Origin: a virus
Lineage: Duplodnaviria > Caudoviricetes
Reading direction: 5' to 3' (one strand)
DNA length: 64,000 nucleotides
Virus record (IMG/VR): IMGVR_UViG_2907233695_000001
Span: 1 to 64,000 of that record
Below the pieces are notes generated by a model. It was not told the DNA's origin. It saw only the letters and a list, made by a program, of their open reading frames with translations, and searched no databases. Each line of letters opens with the position of its first letter. Within the stretch, counting starts at the first letter, position 1. Below are positions 1-11,642 of the stretch, piece after piece. The position numbers and the translations under genes were made by a program.

Positions 1-40
1 GTTGGCCTAAGTGTTTGTTGGTGATACCTATATAAGCGAT

Positions 41-79
41 AAAAAAATGCAGTCCCTTATGTGTGGGAGCTGCATTTTT
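41..79 (-). terminator. Intrinsic terminator (probably bidirectional) ending the minus-strand operon
   Basis: AAAAATGCAG-TCCC...GGGA-G-CTGCATTTTT inverted repeat with A/T tracts, just past the stop at 112. Confidence 0.75.
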
Positions 80-111
80 ATTTGGTATTAAATATATGTA
101 TCTTTAAGTGT

Positions 112-297
112 TCATTTAGCCATCTTATGTTTCTTACCTGTCAATGCTTCTAAGCATAATGCCTTAAATTGAGCTTGCCTCTCTGTCGGAAATTTAGCAA
201 AGACCTCTTCTGGGTCATTTCCTAAAAATTCTCCAGTGTATTTATCAACGAATGAAATTGTAATAATAAGCTCCTCATCTTCCTTCAATGGCATCAC
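112..297 (-). CDS. Hypothetical protein
   Basis: 61-aa ORF with GAGGTG RBS, co-oriented with the operon. Confidence 0.6.
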   Translation of the reverse strand: MMPLKEDEELIITISFVDKYTGEFLGNDPEEVFAKFPTERQAQFKALCLEALTGKKHKMAK

Positions 298-300
298 CTC

Positions 301-915
301 TCACACTACAACAATACGCTCAACCGGATTGTCCTTATCACAGTATTTTTTAATGGCTTCATCAATCATAATCCGAACATGATAATGATAATTTTTCTTC
401 TTCAAATAGTTCTTCAACTCAATCCCAATCTCTTCGCATATGTCTAAGGAGATACTGCTTTTGTTTACTTTACTTTTATATGTATGACTGCTCTTACCTT
501 GTGCTGTATGTTGGTATTTAACGAAGTCTTGGATATGTACAAAATATGTTTTGTTGTCGTATTCCCTAAAGTTAAATAGAAATCCGCTAATTGTATTTTC
601 ATATGTAGACGCTTCTAACAGGTTGTCGATTTGATGCTGCTTAATAATTTTCTCATCAAAACTAACCGATTTATTTCCGGTTGACTTAAGCTCTAAGGTC
701 AATAGGTAGCCTTGATCGAATAGCAAGCAGTCATATTTATTCTTAGTTACACGAACCCTTGCTCTCAAATCTGGAGGGATAAATGTATCCTTAATTCTTA
801 AAAAGAACATTTTAGGTTTCATGCTTTTAACACTTTGTTCAAGGGATTCCTCGAATCCTTTGCCTTCGTTCTTTCCCAACCTAACACCCCTTCCCCATTG
901 ACTTGTCTGCTTCAA
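301..915 (-). CDS. RecU-like Holliday junction resolvase (PD-(D/E)XK)
   Basis: GKGFEESL...YDCLL...LELKST...IKQHQIDNL motifs typical of RecU-family phage proteins. Confidence 0.75.
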   Translation of the reverse strand: MKQTSQWGRGVRLGKNEGKGFEESLEQSVKSMKPKMFFLRIKDTFIPPDLRARVRVTKNKYDCLLFDQGYLLTLELKSTGNKSVSFDEKIIKQHQIDNLLEASTYENTISGFLFNFREYDNKTYFVHIQDFVKYQHTAQGKSSHTYKSKVNKSSISLDICEEIGIELKNYLKKKNYHYHVRIMIDEAIKKYCDKDNPVERIVVV

Positions 916-1062
916 TTTGACTTTGTAACTCTCTCATGCCATTCTTCAAACCAACGACCCAACCTTTTAATATGGCATTTTCATCTTTTAGTTTTTTATT
1001 TTCTTCTTCTAAATGTTGAGTCCATTTCTTCAAACGTATGTAATTTTTGAACACTTCATCAT

Positions 1063-1251
1063 TCACTTTTCATCCTCCTCTCCTGCTGTAAATAGTTCGG
1101 CATCGACTAATGTTGGCAGACATTCTTTATGGCATATCTCATCTTGACATTTATAGACCAGTTCTAATTCATATATCCCCTGACCACAGGCTGCACAATG
1201 AGCTTTAATAGGTTGTTGTTGTGAGTCTCCTCTAGTATCAAATCGATCCAT
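1063..1251 (-). CDS. Small Cys/His-rich (zinc-finger-like) protein
   Basis: HCAACGQGIY...ICHKEC. Confidence 0.55.
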   Translation of the reverse strand: MDRFDTRGDSQQQPIKAHCAACGQGIYELELVYKCQDEICHKECLPTLVDAELFTAGEEDEK

Positions 1252-1545
1252 CTAGTTACCTCCCATACGCTTAGTTGTTTTGTTCCCATTTGATCCAATA
1301 GCAGAAACGAATTCAGATGTGCTATTGTTCAGGCTATAATGCTGCCTCCATGGAAACTTATTTGTTGATAAATATTTAATATGCGTTTTATGTATATTTT
1401 GTTCTTTAATATATGTATTTAACGACTCTTCACCACGGAACACCATTTGAAGTGGCGTATTGTCTGAGGTGATATATTGGAGATACCAACGTTGCTGTTT
1501 AGGTTGAGTTGCGTTTTTTCTTGGTCTACCTTTTAGAGTTTGCAT
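1252..1545 (-). CDS. Hypothetical protein
   Basis: 97-aa ORF with AAGGAGG RBS. Confidence 0.65.
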   Translation of the reverse strand: MQTLKGRPRKNATQPKQQRWYLQYITSDNTPLQMVFRGEESLNTYIKEQNIHKTHIKYLSTNKFPWRQHYSLNNSTSEFVSAIGSNGNKTTKRMGGN

Positions 1546-1563
1546 ATTTTATTCCTCCTTGAG

Positions 1564-4500
1564 TTATTTGAGTTTTCTTTCCCTTTTCCATACTTCTAAT
1601 GTCTTAATTTGATCAACAACAAATTGTGCGCCACTCTTTTTCGCCCTAACAACAATGTTTGAGCCTTTTTTGAGAATATCTTGATATTCAGCATACTGCT
1701 TTGCAAACACCATTCCTTCGATCATCTTATCTGGGGTCAGCAATTCTATATAAGCCATTGTAAGTCCATTCTTTTGTTTTTTACGTTTAATAGATGTAAT
1801 TGTACCAATTGGAACGCATATCTGACCTTCTTCATATTCGTCAAACGGTTTAAAAAAGTGAGATACACTATCAAATGGATTTCCATTGATGAAAATTGAC
1901 AATGTTTCATATTCATACATTTCGGGTGAGTCCATGTATTTTTCTCTGTAATCATTTATGTATTTTTCTCTTTTGACTCTCGCTTGCTCATTGTGTAATA
2001 CCTTTCTTCCATCATTGTACAATTCAAGCAATCTGTTTTTGTCGATTATATTCTCGTGGCCTTTCATAAAATCGAGTTCAAATAACTTACTTTTCGTCGG
2101 AATAGTTAACACTGGTTTATACTGAGATATTGGATAGAGCGTTTCAGCATATGATAATAGCAATTCATCTTTGTTCATTCCAAAGCAGCCACTTTTAATT
2201 AAGGCAATGATTGTTGCAGAATCTAGCTTGCATCTCTCAACGAAATTCAGCAATGATGTAAACTCTCCATTGTTTCTCTCGTTGATAATTTGCTCTACTG
2301 CTTTTTCGCCTACACCTTTAAGAGATTCAAGACCAAATAGGATTTCGCCATTATGAATAGTGTAAGAGCGATCAGATTTGTTAATGTTCGGAGGCGAAAC
2401 TTTAATATTCATCTTGTGACACTCTGATATATACTTGGTTGTTTGTTGATAGTCGCCAATCTCAGACGTTAGGAGTGCAGTCATAAAAGCAACCGGATGA
2501 TGATACTTTAGCCAAGCAGTAACATAAGATAGAAGTCCATAAGCTGTACTGTGCCCTGCATTAAAGGAATACGTTGATTGCGCCTCAACCAAATCCCAGA
2601 TGGACTTAATTTGTTCTCGCGTCCAATTCCTTGCAAGCAGTCCTTCTTCAAACTTGTCAAATAATTTCTTCATTGTCACTGCTTCTTTTTTCCCGATTGC
2701 TCTTCTCGCTTTATCTCTTTCATCTTCTGGAAATCCTGCAAGTTCAAACACTTTTAGAGCTTGCTCTTGATACAGCATTATTCCATTTGTAGAATTAAAA
2801 ATTGACCTTAAATCATCATGAATATATGTAATATTTTCTGGATTATTTTTATTACTTATGTATACTTTGTCCATTCCAACAGATAAGATAGCTGGTCGAT
2901 TCATTGCATTTACTGCAAAAACGTCATAGACGCTATCTGCCTTCATCTTCTTAAACATTTCTTGGGCTACGTATGCCTCCATTTGGAACACTCCATGTGT
3001 ATTCCCTTGTGCATATATTTCTTTGAATACTGCGCCATCTTCCAAGTCTAATTCACTAAGATCAATATCGTTCCATGTGAGATTTGCTAATTCAAGTGTT
3101 TTATCTACCACATCCATTGTTACTAGTCCAAGAAAGTCCATTTTGACGAGACCAATATCATCCATGGCATTGTGCATCTCAATTTGCATCATAATGTTGC
3201 CATTTTTGTTGAGCATCAATGGAGCATATTCAACAACAGGATTTGGTGCAATAATTACAGCAGAAGCATGACATCCAACTGATTTAGGTAAATTCTGAAG
3301 ATATTTAGAGTACTCAAAAAGCAACGGATACTGCCTTTCATATGATTGAAGTTCATCGGACTTCTCTAAGGCTCTTTCGATAGTCATTTTTTCTTGTGCA
3401 TCATCAGGTATCAGTTTCGATATTTTATCTCTAATATCATACGGAATTTTATAAGTTCCTTCTTCGTCAAATATTTTACCTAAGTCACGGATACAAACTT
3501 TAGGAGAGAGTGAATTAAAAGTTGCCACTTGTGCAATGCTTTCTTGTCCAAACAACTCCGATGCAATCTCTAGAGCCTCTTGTCTACGTAATTGGCTCAT
3601 GTCTAAGTCATAATCCGCTGCTGAACCTTTTCTCCCTTTGTTCGCAAATCGAGAAAAATCCAAATCCCATTTGATGCTGTCAATTTCAGTTACACCTATT
3701 GCATATAGTGTGAGGGAGTTCCCTCCTGATCCACGACTATAACCAAGTGGGATTTTTCTTTCCTTCATTTTGTCAACTAGTTGAGCAAGCATTATAAAGT
3801 AACTACAATAACCGAGATAATCTAATACCTCAAACTCTTTTTCTAGCCTCTCTTTGTACAATTTCTTTTGTTCAGGAGAAAATTTATTCCATCCTCGTTT
3901 CATCCAGCCAGTCCGAACGAGATGTTGCAAGTATTTTTGTTCTGACTCGAACATATCTGGAATTTTAATTTTTGGCATCAATTCTCGATGAAGTTGAATT
4001 TCAAGGTTACACTGTGATGCAATCTCGTCAGATGTGTCAATGCCAATCTCGACTGCTTCATGTCCGATCTGTTTATCCATTACACTATGTATTGTATCAA
4101 TATCTGTTTGCCAACAGCCTTCGTATGTCTCTCCAACTTCTCTGTCTTGAGAAATCTGAATGAACTTACGATGTACGTCTTTTTGTAACTCTGAACCATC
4201 ACGGATATGCGTATCGAATGTAATTGTATATTTTGTGCTTGTATCATTAGCGAGTTTCAAAAGTCTCTGATTGGCAATATTAGATGCTTCGGTGTCATGG
4301 GATTGAAGTTCAATATAAAAATTATCACCAAACACTTCTTTATATTTACCAACCCATTTTTTGGCTGATTTGTAATCTGGCACAAAATTGTAGCACTCAT
4401 CTTTTGCAAGTCCATCTGAACAACAAGAACATCTTCCACCATATAAAAGTCTGTCAATCCTAGAGCCTAAACACGCTGTCATACAAATGATGTCTTCCGA

Positions 4501-4878
4501 ATAATAGCTCATTAGATTCAAGTCCACTCTAGGCTTGCCATAGAAACCTGTGGTTGCTCCCTCGGTAACAATCTTGAACAGATTTTTTAATCCAAGGTCT
4601 GACTTGGCAAGAAGGATAAGGTGGTATCGATCAGCATCCTTCTCTTTATAGTTCATGTCTGATGTTTCGTAGACCTCACATCCAGCGATAAACTTGATTC
4701 CAAGTTTTTTTGCAGCTTTATAACCTTCAACAAATGAATGCATACTCCCATGTTCAGTGATTGCAATAGAATTAAAATTAAGATTGTACGCTTGCTCAAC
4801 CAGTTCTTTAGGTGACATTACAGCATCAAGGAGCGAATAATATGTATGGTTGTGTAAGCTTGAAAAGCGTTTACTCAA
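1564..4878 (-). CDS. dnaE: DNA polymerase III alpha subunit (DnaE-type, SPbeta YorL-like)
   Basis: PHP motif LHNHTYYSLLD; SRGSGG; catalytic DYDLD; KMDFLGL; YSFNAGH; C-terminal OB fold; 1104 aa, uninterrupted. Confidence 0.96.
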   Translation of the reverse strand: MSKRFSSLHNHTYYSLLDAVMSPKELVEQAYNLNFNSIAITEHGSMHSFVEGYKAAKKLGIKFIAGCEVYETSDMNYKEKDADRYHLILLAKSDLGLKNLFKIVTEGATTGFYGKPRVDLNLMSYYSEDIICMTACLGSRIDRLLYGGRCSCCSDGLAKDECYNFVPDYKSAKKWVGKYKEVFGDNFYIELQSHDTEASNIANQRLLKLANDTSTKYTITFDTHIRDGSELQKDVHRKFIQISQDREVGETYEGCWQTDIDTIHSVMDKQIGHEAVEIGIDTSDEIASQCNLEIQLHRELMPKIKIPDMFESEQKYLQHLVRTGWMKRGWNKFSPEQKKLYKERLEKEFEVLDYLGYCSYFIMLAQLVDKMKERKIPLGYSRGSGGNSLTLYAIGVTEIDSIKWDLDFSRFANKGRKGSAADYDLDMSQLRRQEALEIASELFGQESIAQVATFNSLSPKVCIRDLGKIFDEEGTYKIPYDIRDKISKLIPDDAQEKMTIERALEKSDELQSYERQYPLLFEYSKYLQNLPKSVGCHASAVIIAPNPVVEYAPLMLNKNGNIMMQIEMHNAMDDIGLVKMDFLGLVTMDVVDKTLELANLTWNDIDLSELDLEDGAVFKEIYAQGNTHGVFQMEAYVAQEMFKKMKADSVYDVFAVNAMNRPAILSVGMDKVYISNKNNPENITYIHDDLRSIFNSTNGIMLYQEQALKVFELAGFPEDERDKARRAIGKKEAVTMKKLFDKFEEGLLARNWTREQIKSIWDLVEAQSTYSFNAGHSTAYGLLSYVTAWLKYHHPVAFMTALLTSEIGDYQQTTKYISECHKMNIKVSPPNINKSDRSYTIHNGEILFGLESLKGVGEKAVEQIINERNNGEFTSLLNFVERCKLDSATIIALIKSGCFGMNKDELLLSYAETLYPISQYKPVLTIPTKSKLFELDFMKGHENIIDKNRLLELYNDGRKVLHNEQARVKREKYINDYREKYMDSPEMYEYETLSIFINGNPFDSVSHFFKPFDEYEEGQICVPIGTITSIKRKKQKNGLTMAYIELLTPDKMIEGMVFAKQYAEYQDILKKGSNIVVRAKKSGAQFVVDQIKTLEVWKRERKLK

Positions 4879-4902
4879 TGAATCAGCCTCCTTATAGAAG
4901 AA

Positions 4903-4946
4903 AAATATGGTATTGCTATCATACCATATTTAGTTTTACGTATCAA
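4903..4946 (-). promoter_or_regulatory. SigA-like promoter (TTGATA-17-TATGAT) for dnaE, overlapping an 11-bp inverted repeat
   Basis: -35 at 4941-4946, -10 at 4918-4923; hairpin AAATATGGTAT...ATACCATATTT at 4903-4931. Confidence 0.55.
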
Positions 4947-4949
4947 TAT

Positions 4950-5894
4950 TCATTTGTTATTTTTATTCTTGCCCAAGTAATCAATCAGCATGTCACCGTC
5001 TATAATACCATTGTGATAATAATCTCTAGCCAATAGATATGGAAGCTCATTCTCGTCGCAAAATCTCCTTAGTCCGATTTTTTCATTGTTATAAGAGACC
5101 CAAAAATAAATCGCTTCTTCGGAAATTTCATTCTCTGTAATCTTTTTCTTCACCACATCTAATCCGTTTGGGATGTTTTTTAAAATGATTGTATCAACAT
5201 CTCTACTTGCTTTTGCGGTAAATCTTATGTATCTCTTATCTGATGTTTGCAGTTTACAATCAAGGTTAAAATTTCTATGTATAATATCAAGCATTTTATC
5301 AACTTCAATTTCATTATACGGAGCAACACATAACTCCCAATATGTAGGACTTCTGCTGGCATCATCTAACATCCAAATGGAAAATGAAAATTCATTCAGT
5401 CTATCCATAACGTCACAAATTGGCATATCACGAAATCTTTTTAGATCATCTAAACTCCTAGTATTGAATCTAAAAGCATCTTGAGAAATATACACCTTGT
5501 CTCCGAATGGCTTTTCTGTTGATTTGATTAGCCTAGGACTTGTATTGCAAATGTCTTTTAAAATCTCATACTTCCAATATAAATAGTCCCTTTCATCCTT
5601 CGCATGTGAGACGATAAATAGTGGTATGTATTTTTCATTTGTTATGTGACCATCGCCTAATATTGAGCCGACAATTAAATCTTCTTGCCTCGAACTCAAT
5701 TTTTTAACTTCTTTTCTAATATTTCCAGTCAATCTATGTTTTTCAACAACCCATTTTTTAATTGTTCTGACCGTTGTATTTGCTTCTTTTGCCATCTCTT
5801 GATGATTTAAGCCTTCGATTACAAATTTCTGATAACACCAATTATAGTCGTGATAAATTTCGTTTGTATAACTCGCATTGCTTTTAGTAGCCAT
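4950..5894 (-). CDS. Free-standing LAGLIDADG homing endonuclease with N-terminal HTH
   Basis: LIVGSILGDGHI and SIWMLDDAS LAGLIDADG helices; paralogous to 32097..33056. Confidence 0.85.
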   Translation of the reverse strand: MATKSNASYTNEIYHDYNWCYQKFVIEGLNHQEMAKEANTTVRTIKKWVVEKHRLTGNIRKEVKKLSSRQEDLIVGSILGDGHITNEKYIPLFIVSHAKDERDYLYWKYEILKDICNTSPRLIKSTEKPFGDKVYISQDAFRFNTRSLDDLKRFRDMPICDVMDRLNEFSFSIWMLDDASRSPTYWELCVAPYNEIEVDKMLDIIHRNFNLDCKLQTSDKRYIRFTAKASRDVDTIILKNIPNGLDVVKKKITENEISEEAIYFWVSYNNEKIGLRRFCDENELPYLLARDYYHNGIIDGDMLIDYLGKNKNNK

Positions 5895-5895
5895 T

Positions 5896-6291
5896 TTACC
5901 TAACTCCTCGAATCAATGTCTGTCTAAGAACTTCTTTCGGCTTGAATGCTTCAGTTAAATAATCAATTGCAATATCTGGATCAGCAGTCCCACAGACATA
6001 GCAAGAAATCGCTGCAAACCCTTTGGACGGATATGTATGAATCCCTATATGTGATTCCTCAAGTAGTCCTAATAATGTGACACCACTTGGACGGAACTTT
6101 TTATCGATTGTACCAACAAGAGTTGCACCACATTTCTGGATTGCAATTTTAATCGAAGCTTCTATGTATTCTAGTGAGTCCAAAATATCGAAATCTACAT
6201 TCCAAAAATCTGCACATACTTCTTTGCCTTTTGTGTTATCATGGTCGTTCACTTTTTGCTTATCTCTCCTTTTGTATGCATTAGAATGCAA
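5896..6291 (-). CDS. speD: S-adenosylmethionine decarboxylase proenzyme (true start probably near 6252)
   Basis: FRPSGVT...LLEESHIGIHTYP...CYVCG: pyruvoyl self-cleavage E-SH site and catalytic Cys of class 1b AdoMetDC. Confidence 0.88.
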   Translation of the reverse strand: MHSNAYKRRDKQKVNDHDNTKGKEVCADFWNVDFDILDSLEYIEASIKIAIQKCGATLVGTIDKKFRPSGVTLLGLLEESHIGIHTYPSKGFAAISCYVCGTADPDIAIDYLTEAFKPKEVLRQTLIRGVR

Positions 6292-9200
6292 ATGAAATCG
6301 TCCTTAATGATATCCTTCTTCTTTATGCTTCTGAGCATGATGAAGTGCTTTCAGAATATGATAATTAAATTTATCATTATACTTTTTATACTCATCACAT
6401 TTTGTGTCCACCAAACTGTCTAACATATGCGAACAAACAATAGCTCGAAAATTATGCCAGTGATATTTAATTTTATGTATCATTTATTTATCTCCTTATA
6501 TGTATTCAAATCCTTGATAACCAATATAGAGGCCAAAAAAATATAGCGATAAAACTCGCAGTAACTTCATTCGCACCAAATTCTTCATCTTTTGTATTGT
6601 AAAGAAAATAAATCGCAGATAACACACCAATAAGCAAATATAATAGACTTCCGAAAAGCAGCATGAATCACCTCTTCCTCCTAAACTAAAGTTTCCTCAA
6701 TAGTTACATTTACTTCTATAATTTCCACTGATGGGATTGCTGCTTGTAACCACTTAATATCTTCTTCTTTTATATGAGTCGCAAATTGCTTTCTAAGTTG
6801 AAGATTGACGGAGCAAATATTTGAATAGCAGCTATGCACCCAAAGACTACCCACTTTTGCAATGTAATATTTTTGATTCTCCACCATAGTAGTTTTCACC
6901 CCCTGATAAAATTGTTCCTTCTTTAGATTTCCCAAGTTCCATAGCTCCACTGTCCAACTTTGATATTGCAATCTTTACAGGTAACAACCTTTTCAATGAC
7001 AATGAATCTACCATCTAAGTAATATTCTTTTTCATCAAAGTTTGTTGATTCGCAGTGGTAACATTTTAAAGGCTTGCCATCTTTGGCGATGTAACCCTTA
7101 TCAATCATTTCTTTTACATATTCATCGAATGATTGCAAAGATATCCTCCCTTCCGGTTAATCCTCTTCAAATTTTCGTCTACCTACAATTTCCCATCCAT
7201 CTTCCATCTTAGTTACGAAAATTTCAGTGTAGCCATCATCGACCATATCTTGCACCTTTTCACCAACTCGATAATCATAACTGGTTCCATCTGTTTGTTG
7301 TTCGTAGTCAAACATTTTTTTCAACTCCTATGTATTTTTACTTTTTAAAACTTCTTAGAATATCCATCACATTTGAAAATTTCTCATGGCTTCGCTGCAT
7401 GTATTCGCTTAATTCAATATAGTGTTCAAACAATTTTATGTGCTGATCAATCGGAATCATTGATACTCCACGCTGCTTCATCTCATTTAGATATAGGCCA
7501 TAACTTTGTATCTGCATTTCTTTTGTTGAATCCATTGCTCACCTCATCTTGTTTTCAACGTAAATCCATATACTTTACGTTCATAATAATATCGTTATTA
7601 GTTAGATATCGGTCTCCAGTTTTCTTGGCAAATTTCAATTCGGCAAAATTATCTGTATCACTCAAATCAACTGCATATAAGTGCCAATCTTCATCGAGTT
7701 TATATTCTTCTCTTCCTCGCTTCTCAAGTCGCTGCCATAGATTCAGATTTATCACTCCCCTGATAAAATCTAGTTTTCGACGGATTTTTTTACTTGAACA
7801 TCAATTGTAAGTTGTTCAGCAATCGTATTTGTAATTTCGTCTTTTAGTCTTGATGCCACTACTTTTTCAAAGTTAGTCCAGTAACTCCCCCTATCAATCG
7901 CTCTCTGTACTAAAAGATTCACATAGTTCGTTGTCATCCGTTCAATATCTCCATGATTGATAACTCGTTGAATTTCAGTTTGAACAGTCTCTACGATAAT
8001 TTTTTGAATATCTTCTTTGGTGATTCCAAGTGTATTGTGCATGTGATTTTTTACTGCATTGTACTCTGCTCGAAATTCCTTTGGTGGATTTTTCTTTTGC
8101 TCCATTTTAAAACCTCTTTTCCTTTTGAGATTCAAAGTTTATCTGATAATAATTCATCAATAATCGTTCAACCTCTTGATGTGTATACTTGGAGGCAGCA
8201 TCTCTCGCACTTCTCCATACGTTGTCATTAATTTCTTTTTCCCTCAGATCAAGAACAATCTGATTCATTAATCTTTTTGCATTCTGATTTATTAATCTGT
8301 ATTCTACTGTACTAAGAGGTATTGCATCTCCAGTCTTTTCGTTAATTCCACTACATACTCTACGGTCAAATACTTCAGTTTGATGATAGTATTCGAGCCA
8401 CTTTTTAAATGCATATTCATACTTTGGCTCACTAATGAAATAATTGTAATACTCTAACTCAAACTGTTCTCGATTTATTTGTAATCACCTTCTCCTTGAT
8501 CAATAACCAACTCATATGTATCAATTGAATCATCTAAAATCAATGGTACTCCGTCATATAAACTCATATATCCACTATATCCTTTACTCACTGGCAAGGT
8601 TTTGGCCTGAATTTGTTCAAGAAATGTTGGTAGATAGTTGCTATTGACCTTTGATTTCTTTGAGTCTAGGTTCACTTCGCATACGTTTAAACTCTTCAAG
8701 GAAATTCTCAAATTCTCTCTTTTTGAAGAATCCTCCGTTGTCGCCCCAATGACCATTCTGACCGAATGGCATGATATCGTCTAAGTGATCCATTGTTTAC
8801 ACCTCACGAAAATAAAGTTTTATTTACTGTAAGAGATACCATCTGTATTAATCTCAATCGACTTGCCGCAGTCACACTTAACTTCAAACCCTTCGATTCC
8901 CCATCCACCCACTCCATAATCAGACGAGTAATCTTTAATAATCTCAACTGTGAACTGGTCATCATTGCCACAACCACATACAATTTTCAATATTAAATCT
9001 CCTCATGAAATAGAATTTTATTTACTGTTTAAAATATCAATCGCTGATTGAGGCCATTTTGTCTCAGAATCCCAATTGTCTGTTTCGCTCTGCATTAGAT
9101 AGCAGTCAATATATTCTCCATCAATTTTAAGTTCAGGAGCTGCCCATGTGGATGCCAAATATGTATAATCATCGTAGTCTGGTTTACCATCAATAAAAAT

Positions 9201-9447
9201 TGTCCCACCTGTATACTCCCAATCTCCACTCAAACCAGCAGCAGCAAATTTAACATTTTTCTCTTTGATAAGAGTAGCAGCTTTATTCCAGTCAAATACC
9301 TTCAATTCTTTGCCTCTGTTCATTTCACCCATCATACATGCTGTCATTGTATTCATATGTATGTATCTCCTTTATATTTTATATTTTAATTATAATGAAA
9401 CTGAGATTTTATTTTGCTTGTCTAATTGCCTCTCTTCGCCTTTTACT

Positions 9448-9753
9448 TCATTTCGTTTTTTGTCTTTCCTTATTTTCAATGTATCGTTCAATTTCGCAGC
9501 GAACATATTCTTTAACGTGATAATAGTACTGTTCAAAACCGATACCTTCCATGTTGTGGAGAGCTATTATTAATCCTATACAACCAATTTGAATTAAATC
9601 TTCAATATCTTCATATTTCTCGTATTTACTTGCAACCCACACAACATATCGCAAACTATGTTCAATTAGTTTAGTTTTATTTGACTCAACATCTTGCAAC
9701 ATGATATTTAATTCTTTTGAAGATAGTGGATGTGCCAAGTTCGGACTAATCAT
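9448..9753 (-). CDS. Truncated sporulation-type sigma-70 factor (regions 1.2-2 only)
   Basis: PLSSKE...KLIEHSLRYVVWVASKYE..EDIEDLIQIGCIGLIIAL resembles SigE/SigK region 2; about 101 aa from ATG 9753; no region 4. Confidence 0.75.
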   Translation of the reverse strand: MISPNLAHPLSSKELNIMLQDVESNKTKLIEHSLRYVVWVASKYEKYEDIEDLIQIGCIGLIIALHNMEGIGFEQYYYHVKEYVRCEIERYIENKERQKTK

Positions 9754-10905
9754 TTGTTCACTTCCTTTACAATTGAAATTCATCTTTTATCTATTTATTA
9801 ATTTAACTGTTGTACCATGAAGATTATTTACCTTATTGATTTCCTTTTTGATGATCTGCTTAAATTGATTTTGGTCGTACACATCGTTCTTATGTTGCTT
9901 TCCATAAAATCTAGAATTGCCACAAATAAAAATCCCGTTTTTATCAAAGTCTACAACGTATCGATATTCATCGCCACCAAGAAACTGCTGCGACTTAACA
10001 ACAATCCACTTGCCCTCTTGAACACCTTCTATCCAAACTTCAGATGGATAAAACAATTTATTAGCATAATCTATATAGTATTGCATATGTGCTTCAATAG
10101 TAATATTATCTTCATTGTATAATTTATAATTTGTTTTATTGTTTGTATTCATCTTATCTCCCCACGAAATTAATTTTTTATCTCCAAAAGCCTACAGATA
10201 TATAAATTAAATCAATATCTATTCTATCTGTACTAATTTGAAATCCTAGAATTGGTCTGCTAAGTTTATGAATCATCGCATACGCAGTCCAACCTTTACC
10301 TAAGTACCATTCTTTAGTCATTACAGTGGTCATTGGCTATCTCCATCCTTTCCTATGAAATCTGAGTTTTATTTTGATTTATAATACTCGTTAAAATCCT
10401 TATCTCTACCTTGAAGCCAATCATATTTGATTCCCAAATTTTCTAAAGTTGCATAAATTCCATTTAAAGTTCCTGACCAAAAATACTCCGATTCAATCGT
10501 TCCATTTTCACCACTTATTTCACGATTCCATTTTGCATTTTCGTATAAAATTCTCATGAATTGCTCTGGTGAACAGTTTGAGATGTCCATCATGCCTGTG
10601 TTCATTTAATGGCTCCTTTCCTTTGAAACAGGCATTTAATTTGATCTATATATTAATCGTTTAATGATACCGTCTTCGCACTTAGCAAGCATCTTCCATC
10701 CAACACCTTCTGAGATTACAATAGTTTCTTTCATTTGTCTAACGACCTCCTTTCTTCCTAATGAAACTACACTTTTATCATATTATTAACATCGTAAGAA
10801 CGAGCATTAATGAGTATAAGTGAGATTGAACGAGTTCATTTTGCATACTTTAGAATACATTTCCAAATAATAAATTATCCTATCCACTAGTCCTACCCCT
10901 TAAAA

Positions 10906-10930
10906 TAATATATACTTTCCGTATATATTA
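10906..10930. promoter_or_regulatory. Perfect 10-bp inverted repeat (operator-like) upstream of the plus-strand membrane gene
   Basis: TAATATATAC-tttcc-GTATATATTA. Confidence 0.45.
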
Positions 10931-10964
10931 TAGTGATGACAACTGCATCGTAAGGAAGGTTACT

Positions 10965-11642
10965 ATGACCATTTTAGTTTACATGATAGTCGCAACATTT
11001 AGATGGTCTACGTTGTTTCATCTGGCCTTCTCACTATTCCGTTTTACAATTAAAGATAAGGTAATTTGTATAGTTGTGTCTTCTTTTATGTTAGCGTTGG
11101 TATCATACTTCATTAATGTAGATTTGAATCAGGATGGTTACATCGCGCTTGCACAAATGTTGTTCTATTGTTTGCTACTTTGGACAATGTTCGGGATTCA
11201 AAAGTTTTACGCAATCATTTTAGGAATAGTTAGCTATGTATTTTTCATTCTGTTAACTACGGCTTCACTATATCTTTACAAGTCAATTGGCGCAATTCAT
11301 CTTATTAGCGAAGTCTACTCTCTGGACACCACTGTTGCTTATTTAATGAGACTGACCACCATTGCTTTGATGATGATTAGCTGTCAACTAATTCAAAAGT
11401 ACAGGCTAGGATTCACCTTTGTACCAGAGGAGCGCACAGTAAGGAATGTTGTGTCTACATTACTAAACAAAATTATTATGTTTACCATTGCTGCAACTTC
11501 GACCCTGATCGCAATTGTCGCTCTAGAGTTACAGGATTTGAACGCGATTAGTCTATTGTTGATAATTTTTACTTTTTTATTCATACTTATTATCTATTTA
11601 ATTTGCAAGAAAGAGCAGTTTCGGTCTCGTCGGTATAGATGA
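10965..11642 (+). CDS. Multi-pass membrane protein resembling an AgrC sensor domain without kinase; paralog of 55993..56661
   Basis: About 7 hydrophobic segments; aligns by eye with 55993..56661 (SLFRF/SIFHF, SSFMLALVSY/SSVLLAGCSY, IVSYVFF/IVGYAAF); AAGGAAGG RBS. Confidence 0.7.
   Translation: MTILVYMIVATFRWSTLFHLAFSLFRFTIKDKVICIVVSSFMLALVSYFINVDLNQDGYIALAQMLFYCLLLWTMFGIQKFYAIILGIVSYVFFILLTTASLYLYKSIGAIHLISEVYSLDTTVAYLMRLTTIALMMISCQLIQKYRLGFTFVPEERTVRNVVSTLLNKIIMFTIAATSTLIAIVALELQDLNAISLLLIIFTFLFILIIYLICKKEQFRSRRYR

Noticed and set aside
1564-4878. Intein in dnaE (Cys-rich patch RCSCCSDG...C in the PHP domain)
   Set aside because: The insertion is only about 20 aa, has no intein terminal motifs, and the total length is normal
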